Source: Isurus oxyrinchus (lineage: Eukaryota). Taken from it: a stretch of DNA of 64,000 bases. Positions 50,259 to 61,635 of the stretch are shown here, piece after piece. Under the pieces are notes generated by a model that searched no databases, was not told the DNA's origin, and saw only the letters and a program-made list of their open reading frames with translations. The stretch lies in the NCBI GenBank assembly GCA_026770705.1, contig JANJGN010000031.1:1054001-1118000 (forward strand). The letters are read 5' to 3'. Position 1 is the first letter of the stretch, and every line of letters starts with the position of its first letter. Position numbers and translations under genes: made by a program.

Positions 50259-52964
50259 TGTCAGCAGTTGCACAAGTGGAAGGCTGCTTGCTTTAAGCCC
50301 CATGTCAGCGACGAAAACGCAAGACCTAAGGGGACACTCCCAGTGCGATAGGAAGTAAGTACTTCTGTGCCGGAAGAGACAGTACCGAGGGAGCACTGAA
50401 CTGCCGGAAGGGCTGTAAGGGGGGAATGCCGCACTTTTGGAAGTATCACATAGTATTGCCCTATTGGATAAGTACAGAGGGATTACTGCTATGTCGGGGC
50501 GCCAGTAATGAATGAACGCTGAACGTTCTTTCTGCTGCTCTTCCAGGCAGGTCCCACATCCTCAATTTAGAAAAAAAAGCAGGACAATTCTCATAGTATA
50601 TCCTGGGGAATAATGTAGCCCTCAAAGGACTTCACTGACACAGGTTATCTTATATTTGTTACATTGCTGTTGTCGGAGTCTGTTGCTCACTATGGCTTCT
50701 GCCTTTCTACGGTGCCCAGACTTCAAACAAACGTCATTGCCCGTGAAGCTTAGTTGACGCGTTGAGATAGTTAAAGGCTATCGAAATTGCTGCAAGTTAA
50801 AGATATACTTAAGGGAAAGTTAAAAATCGAAAACAATTTTAATATTCCTCGTGGGATGTGCGCAGCTGCTCTTGAACTGATTAGCTTACGAAGCCATTTA
50901 CAGAGTCAACCTCATCTGGATTTACATGTAGGCCAGATAAGGACGTCAGATTTCCTTCCTCAAAGGAAGGAAATGTCCTAGGCGGACTTGTATGACAATC
51001 GATAACAGTATCGCGATTACCTTAATCAGCTTGATTTTCATTTCCAGATTTGTTATTGATTGCATTTAAATTTCACCAGTTGCTGTGTTGGGATATGAAT
51101 CCAAGTCCCCAGTGCATCAGCCTAACTTTCTGGATTATTATTAGCCCATTAATTTAACCACTACGCCACTGTCGCATTAAGGGTCTTCCATATGTTGTTG
51201 TGTAATGCACATGGGATGAGGTACTTTTCTCCGTCCGCATAATACTAAGTGCAATAATATGAGAATTTCACTGTCGCAGTGTCAAAATCCTTGAACTTCC
51301 TTCCTGAGAGCACCGTGGTTTTTTCTCCAACACTTGGACTGCAGTGGCTCAACAAGGCAGTATACCACCACTCGCTCAACGGCTATTAGGTGTGGGCAAT
51401 AAATATATTCGTTCAAGGGACGTGAATGTCACTAGCTAGGCTTGCTTTTATTGCCCACTTCTAATTGTCCTTGAGTAGGTGGCTGCCTTAGGAAGTGGTC
51501 TATGCGTCTGGCCTCTAGTGGCCGCGAAAGATCTGCAATGGAATTTCAATATTAACTGTCATCACTTTCAGTATTTGGTTACCAGACGCCAACCAGCTCC
51601 ATCTGGCGTATTAAAACGCCATCGGTAATTGCTACTTATTTTCAGCGAGCCTTGTTTATTACCTGTGCCCTTGTGCAAACTTTTTTTTTAACCAGTATTT
51701 GTTATAAGGTGCAAAAATGGGAAAATGCCTAGACTTAATAACGTACTTGGAAGTATTTCAACAAAAAATGATAATTTATTGGAACAATCCCCTTATGAAG
51801 ACGTTGCTGACAGATCACACTGGGCGATCAAAGCCCCCATTTAAATGATCTCTTTCAGAAAATACTATTTTGTGATAGATGAGTAAGCTGACACATCACA
51901 AATATATCGTTTTCGTTCTGCTTGTGGTTCCTAAAGATCTTTAACCCTTCGACCATTGTTGGCTTGATGCCTGATATTGTAGACAAATTGATGAATATTC
52001 AGTTTGTTTTAACAATTCAATGCGTATTGAGGCTATTAACAAGTCGAGCACTTATTGCCTATCCCAGTTGTCCTTGACAAAGTGGGGGTAAGCCCTTTTC
52101 CTGAATGAACCTGAATGGGTGAATAACCCCGTTCCGGAGCAACCCACTACTGTGGGTGTCAAGGTACACGAAGGCCAAACAGGAGGAGGACGGAGGAGTT
52201 CCTTCCCTAAAGGACATTGTGGAGCCAGAGGCTATTATTTTTGCGAAAATCTAGTTGTTCTGGTGTTACCAGTGTTGGTAATAGCATGATAACCGATTTA
52301 CTGAATGAACTCAATTCAAATATCCTAGGTGCTGAGACTTATGTCACAAATCATTGTTCAAGGCTTCGAGATTAGTAAACGTCCCTGCTGCCGTTCAGTG
52401 AGCAATACCATCATTATTGTAGCATGGGATTAATAGAATGGGAAAAATGCAGCGAGAAGTGGACAACCTCACATTTTCCCACATTCTTAGCTTCCATTTT
52501 TGCCAACTAACAACTTATCGAAATCCTTTTGCAGACTCTTTGTATCCTCCTCACAATTAACTTTGCCACTTGCTTGTGTATCATCAGCAAAGTTGGCTAC
52601 AATACAGTTTGTCACTTAACCTAAGTTATTAATATAGATGATAAATAGTTGCGGTCTTAACGCTGATCTTTGAGGCACTCCATCAGTTCATTTTACCAAC
52701 CAGAAAAATACGTCTTTATTAACTTTCTGTTTCCTATTAGTTTCCCAACCAATACCCATGCTAAAATATTACAGCCACCATGATATCTCCTGGAGTAATC
52801 CTTTTTGTGGCACCTTATTGAAAATCTTCTTAAGAATGCAAATGCACTACATCAACTACTTCGCTTCAGCCCGCTCTGTTTGTGCCATACTCAAAAAACG
52901 CTAACAAATTTGTAAAACAGGATATCACTTTCATAAAACCATGTTTTTTTAGGGCGTAACAGAG

Positions 52965-54090
52965 AAGAACAAAGAACAGAGAAAACTACAGCACAGAAAC
53001 AGGCCTTTTGGCCCTCCAAGCCTGCACCGATCATATTGCTTGTCAACCGAAAGCATTTTGCACTTCCGGGGTCCGTATCCATCTATTTCCATCCTATTCA
53101 TGTATTTGTCAAGCTGCCTCTTAAACACCTCCATCATAACTGCTACCATCACCTCCTCTGGCAGCGAACTACAGATACCCACTACACTCTGCATAAAAAA
53201 CTTGACCCACACATCTCTTCTAAAGTTTTCTCCTCTCACCTTAAACCTATGTCCCCTACTCATTGACTCGTCCACCCTGGGAAAAAAGCTTCTGACGATC
53301 TACTCTGTCCATGCCACTCATAATTTTGTAAACTTCTGCCAAGTTGCCCTCAATCTCCGTTGCTCTAGTCAGATCAATCCGAGTTTCTCCAACCTCTCCT
53401 CATAGCTAATAACCTCCAGGCCAGGCAGCATCCTGGTAAACCTCCTCTGCACCCTCTCCAACGCCTCCCTATCCTTCTGATAATGTGACGACCAGAATTG
53501 CATGCAATATTCCAAGTGTGGCCTAACCAAGTTTCTATACAGCTGCAGCAGGATTTCCCAGCTTTATACTCAATACCCCTGCCACATGCCTTCCTGACTA
53601 CCTTATCCACCTGCCTTGCCACTTTCATTTACCTGTGGACCTGTATACCCAGATCCCTCTGCCCGTCAATGCACTTAAGGGTTCTGCCATTTACTGTATA
53701 ATTCCTACCTGTATTAGACTTTCCGGAATGCATTACCTCACATTTGTCCAGATTAAACACAATCTGCCATTTCTCCGCCCAAGTCTCCAAGCGATCTATA
53801 ATCCGTTGTATCCTCTGACAATCCTCTTCACTATCTGCAACTCCTCCAACCTTAGTGCTGTCTGCAAACTTACTAATTAGCACAGTTACATTTTCTTCCA
53901 AATCATTTATGTATGCTACAAACAGCAAAGGTCCCAGCGCTGATCCTATGGAACACCAAAAGTCACAGATCTCCATTCAGAAATGCACTCTTCCACTGCG
54001 ACCCTCCGTCTTCTATGAACAAGCCAATTCTGTATCCATCTTTCCACCTCACTTCTGATCCCATGCGACATTACTTTCTGTACTAGTCTG
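52965..54090 (-). mobile_element. 5'-truncated younger CR1 copy
   Basis: LGPLLF..YINDL..SKFAD motif; 3' UTR shared with copies at 13650 and 61851. Confidence 0.9.
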
Positions 54091-56339
54091 GTTAGTAATT
54101 AGGTTAGTGGTTAGGTTAGTGTTGTGTTGTCCCCTTGTCCCACGTCAATCCTCTGGGAATCTGAAACATGGAAGAAAATCGACAATAGTCTGAATTGGGA
54201 GACAAGGCATACTATTCAGTCAATGCAGCAACATCAGAGAAAATTCTGGATAACTCGGGTTCTGGAATATCACAGTACATTTTCGAATCGATAAGAGCTT
54301 AAAAGTCATACAGCACATGAAGCAAGGCATTCGGCCCATCCTGTTTGTGACAGTCCTTGAAAGAACTATCCAATCAGCCCAATCCCCGAATGTTCTCCTG
54401 TAAATGTATCTTTCAACGCAATTTATTCCCAATTATTCTTTTCATTAGAAAATAGAAAAAAGTTCGCCAAGTAGAATATACATTGGTTCCACCACCAACT
54501 ATTTGAATAAAATAACACAATAGCTTCCTACATATAAAAGAAAAGATATAAACTGAATTAATTATGTTATATACAGATCATTAATTATGTTTGCTAACGG
54601 AACTAAGTTGAAATACAATAAAAGCAGCGCTTGGAAGTTAGCTAACACTGCATGAGCAATGCAAAGGCAGAAGATTCAATTCCATCCTCCAAGGAAACGC
54701 AAGGTGAGGACCGGCAGAGGAAGCAGGAGAAAGAAAATATAGAGCCTCCTGTGGCGGACACCCATCAAAAGCGTGGAAATAACATCACGGGTAATACAGA
54801 TCTTCCTATCTGAAAGCTACGAGAGGAAGTGCATGATTATGCCATGGAATGTTCCTACCAGTTCCTGATCTCTCTTGTCCAAGAGAGGAGTGTTTTAGAT
54901 ATTTCACATATTAAATTTAAGGCAAATACTGCATGCCTGAAATCTGAAATAAACTTTGGTTCTTAGGAGAAGTCTTTTTTTTTACAGGGGAAAGCATGGA
55001 CGCAGTCCTCCAATACCAATAATTTTGCAGGCGAGTATCCCGCATTTGGCGACAACCCAGGCATCAGCACACCCAGAGTGCAATGGGGTAACCTCATCCT
55101 GGGAGCACAACCTTCATGATCATTGTTTCTCCCCTGCCAGGCAAGTCTTATTGGACTCAAAAATTTAGGCCGGAATTTCCGAGCCCCGCAGCATCGAATT
55201 TGGATTGTACCCCAGAGCTGAAATGGGGAACCCATGTCAGAACTTCCAAAGGAGGGGTTTGCACTACAATTGCCCCTGGGCAATTGCCTGCTCTAGAAAC
55301 CATCGGGAAATGCAATTTAATTCACAAACTTCGGGTGGTTCTGGCTGGGTTAGACAAATAGCTGCTGAGAAAAAGTTAGAAGAATTAAAACCCCTTCAAA
55401 CTTCTGGGCAACTAAGCCAAAGGCACAGAACTGCTCCCTCCCACGTCACGTGAGGATCCCCACGCCACCGACCTTCCAGGAAATTACCACCAAGCCCCTA
55501 AACCCCAGCACCCACCCACCCACCCCCGCAGCATCCAATTGGCTCCCTACACGTTATTCCCACCCCATGACACACCAAGCGAATGCACCCAAACCGCCCC
55601 GATTCGGTGTCACCCATCATTCCCTGCAAGCACGACACCCACTGGAACTGACCCCACCAGACATCTCCCAACCCCCGTTGTCCAGACGCCACACATTGCA
55701 GCATCTGACCCGACTGGACACGCACCTCACCAGCACTGATCTTTGAATTGTCCTGACCCGGCAGGACCCCTGCCCACCCTGATATCCAACAACCCCTCCC
55801 AAACTACAGTCACCCCCTCCCCATGTTCCATTTCCATTCCCCTCTGATGTGGGCACCCGCCACACCACACCAATGTCCGATACACTCCACTCCTCCCCCG
55901 ACATCCGAACACACACCCAATGATATTCGACACCCCTCCACCCCCCCAGATATCCGACACCCACCCCCTACCCAGTCCGTGATACCCAATCTTCATGGTA
56001 TCCGAAACAAGCATTCCACCCCATCCCGATGTCTGCCCGCCAAATACCCTAACCCCCACCCGACCTCTGAGCCCCCATACTACCCAAACCCTATCCACTT
56101 ACTTTAGTCACTTACCTTCACCCAGGCCTGTCCATTTCAATCGGAGCTTTAAACTTTCCTGGTTTATGGCAGCTGGTGTGGTAAAACCGGGGCAAGACCT
56201 TCTTCAATCCAACTGTGCTGGACTGTGACGCTGGGCTTCAGGAACACCTGTGCTACCTGCGCCTTACCAGGCTTGAGAAAGAACTCTGAACAAAAAGTGC
56301 ACTTATGACATTTGTCAGGTAGAAGATGCAATTTAGTAC

Positions 56340-57370
56340 CACTCTCAATAAAGAAGGTTCAGAGAGAAAGTGAAAGAGGAAATAACAGAATCAAAAAAAG
56401 AGCATGAAAAGAGACAGGCAGTTAACATAAACGAGTCTTCTCTTGGCACACATATATTAAAAAGATGGTAAAAGGAAGCCTAGGGCGATTAGATACCAGA
56501 AATAGGGTTTACACATGGAGACAGGGGCATCGCTGAGGTATTAAATGAATACTTGGCATCAGTCTTTACCGAGGTCGAGGATGCTATGCAGGCTACAGTG
56601 AAAGAACTAGTCCTTAATAGCCAGAGAATTTAAAATGGATGAGGAGGAGGTATTAGATAGGGTTTCTGTGCTTAAAGTTGACAAGGCAGTCGAACCAGAT
56701 GAGATGCATCCAAGGATACTGAGAGGAGTGAAAGTGGAAATTGCAGAGCCACTGACAATATTTTTTCAGTCTTCCTTAGACTCAGGGGTGGTGGCAGGGG
56801 AGTGGAAAATAGTAAAGGTTACGCCCTTGTTCAAAAATGGGGTAAAGGTAAGTCCAGCAATTACAGGCCTGTTAGTTTAAGTTTGGTGGTGGGGAAACAT
56901 CTGGAAACATGAATCGGGACAGAATTAATAGTCACATGGACAAACGCAGGTTAATTAAGGAGAGCCAGCATTGATTTCTTAAGGGAGAATCGTGTCTGAC
57001 TAACATGCTGGAGTTTATCAAAGAGTGTTGATGAGAGCAATGGTGTTGGTGTGGTGGAAATGGATTTCCAACAGGCTACATAACATAATTTTCGGAACGG
57101 TTAAAACTCATTGAATAAAAGGGTCACTAGAGATGAGGATGCAGAATTTTCTGAGTCACAGTGAACAGAGATTAATGGTTAATTTAAGTTTTCAGGGGAG
57201 AGCAATATTTGTAGTGGAGTTCCCAAGGGACACTTGTTCTTCCTGATAGATATTGATGATCTAGAAATTGGCCTGCAATAGCTGATACAATATTTATAAG
57301 CATTGTAAACTGTGGGGAGGGACAGTGTAGAACTTGAAAAGGACATAGCCAAGTTGGTGGTATGGGCGGA
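56340..57370 (+). mobile_element. Decayed CR1 ORF2 fragment
   Basis: PDEMHPRILR..IFFQSSLDSG..WK..VTPLFK.G motif. Confidence 0.8.
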
Positions 57371-57614
57371 ATTTTGAAGGCAGCAAGGTGCTTGATCGGG
57401 CAGCTGTATCAGGCGTTTCTGTGTGACAGTGTTGTCAGCGTCCTGGGTGATTCTGAAGCACTGCAACCCATCGCCAAATGCTCAGAAAAACTCCACCTCT
57501 TTTGTGAGGTTAACGCTCAGGATCTTCAGAATTGACAACCTGTCGTCCACTGCTCGTGTGATTTCACATCATGTTCTGAAGCCCTGTTTATGTTGAGCTT
57601 CGCTGTTTCTGTAA

Positions 57615-58160
57615 TTAACTCACCTCCTGACTTCGTAAAGGCTGCCCACCATCTACGAGGCACAAGTCAGGAGTGTGACGGCATACTCTCCACTTGCCTG
57701 AATGAATGCAACTCCCTGAACTCTCCAGAAACTTGGCACCATCCTGGAAAATGCAGCCCGCTTGATTGGCACCCCATCCACAAACATGCACCCTCTCCAC
57801 CACTGAAGCTCAGTAGTAGCAGTGTGTACAATCTACAAGATACACTGATGTGATTCAGCAGGGTTCCTTAGGCAGCATCTTCCAAACTCAAGACCACTGC
57901 CATCTAGAGGGGCAAATGCACCAGACATATGTCAACTCCACCACCTGGAAGTTCCTCTCCAAGCCACTCGCCATCCTGACTTGGAAATATATTCCCATAC
58001 CTTCACTGCTGCTGGGTAAGAACCCTGGAACTCCCTCCTTAACAGCACTGTGGGTGCGCCAACATCACATGGACTGCTGGGGTTCCAGAAGGAAGCTCAC
58101 CACCACCTTCTCAAGGGCAATTAGTATTAGACAATAGAAGTTGGCGCAGTCCACATCTCA
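57615..58160 (+). mobile_element. Family-2 LINE 3' fragment
   Basis: Homologous to 2195-2670 and 27700-28260. Confidence 0.75.
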
Positions 58161-58289
58161 TGATGGGGGGAGGGGGGAGTTGATACAGTGTCGGATAGTC
58201 TCTACTGAGACTGCGTCACCCCCACTCCATCCTCTACAGTGCCATCTGCTACTTATTCAATGATACTATTTCAGACAATGCTACCATTG

Positions 58290-58565
58290 TCCTGCAATTA
58301 TTACATGTTGCTTTCTGCCATTATCAGCATCCTTTTTGCACCAACCACTACCATTAACACTCTCTTTACCCTTTAGCTCATGACATCTTTGTCAATCCCT
58401 CCTTTGTCCCCACCACTGGCCTTCTATTCAGCTGCACCTGCCCCACACCCCTTAAGCAGTATAAACTTCATCACATTTCCGCTTCTCTTCAGCTCTGAAG
58501 AAGGGTCAGACGGACTGGAAACATTGACTTAGTTTCTCTCTCCACAGATGTGACTAGACCAGCTC
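58290..58565 (+). mobile_element. Penelope-like terminal remnant
   Basis: CTGAAGAAGGGTC..GACTGGAAAC..TTTCTCTCTCCACAGATG is homologous to the arms at 20293-20528. Confidence 0.55.
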
Positions 58566-61500
58566 CATTTTAGAAGGTACTTGATATTTCCAGTTGATGC
58601 GGGGTGTATAACAGACATTACTACATAACAAAATGTACAATATCCAACTGTAGTTCACAACTTACTCCGATACACCAGGTGTTATCAACAAATAACCTGC
58701 ACAGTAAAATTAGCTTGCAGTTATTTAAGGAACAACAGGATTGTGTTGTAATACTGAGAACATCTAATACCAATAAATATTTTAGTCGGTAAAATAACGT
58801 TGAGCGGCTTTTGAGAACACGTGCAGATTGAAATAAATTCTGGCTCTTAAGTATTTGACTGCTTTATTTATTATTGTTCGATAGTACTATGAACAAAGAG
58901 CAGAATGCAGTTCAGCCATTGGTTTTCATGAAACCATGATCGCAGTACAGTAATTCGAAATATTCGGTATATCTCACCCCGGTCTAGAAACTGAGGGGAG
59001 GTGAGCAAATCTAGATGCGTAGCTCAGGGCAACCGGCGATGTAATGCCTGAATCAAGCACGGACAGCGACTGCAAATCTGATTTTGGACCATTGGCAAAT
59101 GGCAACGTCGCCGCCGGAAGTCAGGTAAGTAAATAGGAAAAGGGAGCATACATTTTTGGATAGCCTCTGATGATCTCGAGACAAAAAATGCGCTTTCCAA
59201 CCAGAGAAGGAACATTTAGAAGTGCAGACAATGTTGCATGATTTGGATGCTCTGCTGTTCGTGACCTTCGTTCAGTGTAAATATTGGCCTTTTGCACTCA
59301 AGCAGAACAGAGAGGTTATTTTGTAACAGCTCTCGTGAGAAATTCTATGTCCAACTGAGAAGCCAATTAAGCATTGGTTGAATTATTTCCTCACTACTGC
59401 TCCTCTGATGATTTAAGGACGGACCATCTGACAGTGCAGCGCGGTCTCAACGGAGACTCTCCAACACTGCAGCTACCCCACAGTTCTACACAAGGCTATC
59501 AACGTAAATTATTCACTAAAATATTGACTTGGGTTTTTCAGTTCACATTGAATGACAAGATGGATAATTGACTTCTGTTATGAGGAGAGACTTGCATTGC
59601 CATCCTTGGAGCAGAGATGGTTCAAGAGAGATTTAGCAGCGTTGTACCAGAATTGAGGGATATAAGTTATGAGGGGAGACTAGAGAAGCTAGTATGCTAC
59701 TCCTTAGAGCACAGAAAGATAATGGGAACATTTAGCACTAAATGCACATCTGTTTGAGAGAGACTTTTGAACAACTTGTTTCCATTGACAGGAGAAGTTC
59801 GTCTGGTTGGCACTCTGTGCACAAATTTAAACATTCACTGCTTCCACCACCGATGCATCGTAGTAGCCATATGTTCCACCACAAAATGCATGGTAGCAAC
59901 TGACCAAGGCTCCCTCGACCGTGCCAAAAAACTCGCGACATCTGCAATTCAGAAGGAGATGGACAACAGAGACATGGGTACATGAAAGTTTCCTTCCAAG
60001 CCACACGCTATTCTACCTTGGGATTAGGCCCCGGCTCCCCCACTGTCACTGGTTCAAGAAGGCGGCTTAGCAGCACATTGTCAATACATTTAGGGGTGGG
60101 AAACAGGTAGTCCCTTTTCAGCGACGACCACATCCCAAGAAACAATTTTTTAAAAATGTTCATACGCAGAGAAATCAGAATCAGAATGATTGAAAAAAGC
60201 AGCAGGGCAGTACGGAAGGTGCTGAAGTAGTGGTGACGTTTCTCTGTTAGGTATCCAGTAGGCACTGTCTAATTCTCTGGGGACTGTGTTCAAATACCAT
60301 GGCAGCTAGATTGAGTAGTAATTTTCAAAAAGGAATCGCATTAAATATTTGAAATTCTAATGCAACGATTTTGGGAAATGGAAGGTGCTAAGAATAATTG
60401 AATAGAGGGGCGAAAATTAAGGGTCTCGACTTAAGACACTTTACTAACAAATCTAATAGGCGATTCAGATGCAATCTCTACCCAAGGAGTGGTGAGAATG
60501 TGTAACTCACTGCCACAGAAAATTGATTTGCCGAATAGCATAGGTGGCTTTAAGGGGGCGGGTAGTTAAGGATTTGAAGGAGATAGCTCAGCAGGAGTCC
60601 CTGATAGGGGAAGATGAAGAGGATTGAGATGAGATTGGTGTGAGAAATGAATAGCTCTTTCAAAGCGCCGGGCCAGGGCTCAATTGTGAATGACATTGAT
60701 CTGTGCGCTATTATTCCATGATTCTTTACTCAAATAAAAGTGCCTTCCTGAATCAAGCAGAGGAGGTTTAATTTCCCAACTGAGAACAGAGTCTTAAAGG
60801 GTTAATTTCTTCTCAGTGTTGAACTCCTAGATGCTTTGAAAATTGTTCAAAAGACAGTGACAGCCTGATAGACAAATGGTTTAACGGTTTTGAACAAAGG
60901 CTTAAACCGCCGTCAGGAACCAGGTGTGCAAGCGAGAATAGGATCCGGAGAGGAAACTCATTTCTGCACTGTGAATCAACCGTTACTCGTTTAACGGTTC
61001 CAAGATTAATTATTTCCTGTGTGGGTGGATCTGTTCCTCTTAGAGCAGAGAAATAAGTGGAAATTTGAATGACGAGTTGAAGATCATGAAGCGTTTTGAT
61101 AAAGTAAACAATGAGAAACAGTGCAGGATGGCCGTTAACCAGGGACCACTGATTTTAAATAATGGCATAAGAACCAAAGTGGGAACATAGGGACACAGGA
61201 GCAGGAGTGGACTATTAGGCCTCTCGAGCCCGCTTCGCCATTTAACTAGTTCATGGCGTCCCTACTTCATCCGAATTTTCCCTCACTATTCCCATATCCC
61301 TTGAACAGTAGGTCTGTGGAGGTCAGTAAGAGATCGCTAGAACCCATCTCTGCAGCGAATTATCGCCACCTGGAATGGTACAGCTTAAATGGGCTGTGGA
61401 AGCAAATTTGATCGGAACCTTTTCAACAGAATTGGAGAAATATATGACGCGGAATATCTTCAGTGCTACTGGGAGCGGGTCAGAAGAATGCGAATTGATA

Positions 61501-61596
61501 CGTTAGCACTTTCAGAAAACAAACGCAAGCACTGTGGGCCGAATGGCATTCACTTGACCTGCATAATTTTCTGAAAGGTTTTTATGATCCATTTAG

Positions 61597-61635
61597 AGTT
61601 TTTGTTGAGATCCTCCATCTCTTTGCGTCACTTTG
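61597..61635 (-). other. 23-RSS with defective heptamer
   Basis: CAAAGTG - 23 bp - ACAAAAACT; the essential CAC is changed to CAA. Confidence 0.88.

Noticed and set aside
54120-54170. GGGACAAC D-like sequence on the minus strand
   Set aside because: The flanks lack a credible heptamer or nonamer on either side.
55450-56110. Pro/Gly-rich overlapping ORFs
   Set aside because: C-rich low-complexity sequence, probably repeat-derived, with no splice structure or recognisable domain.
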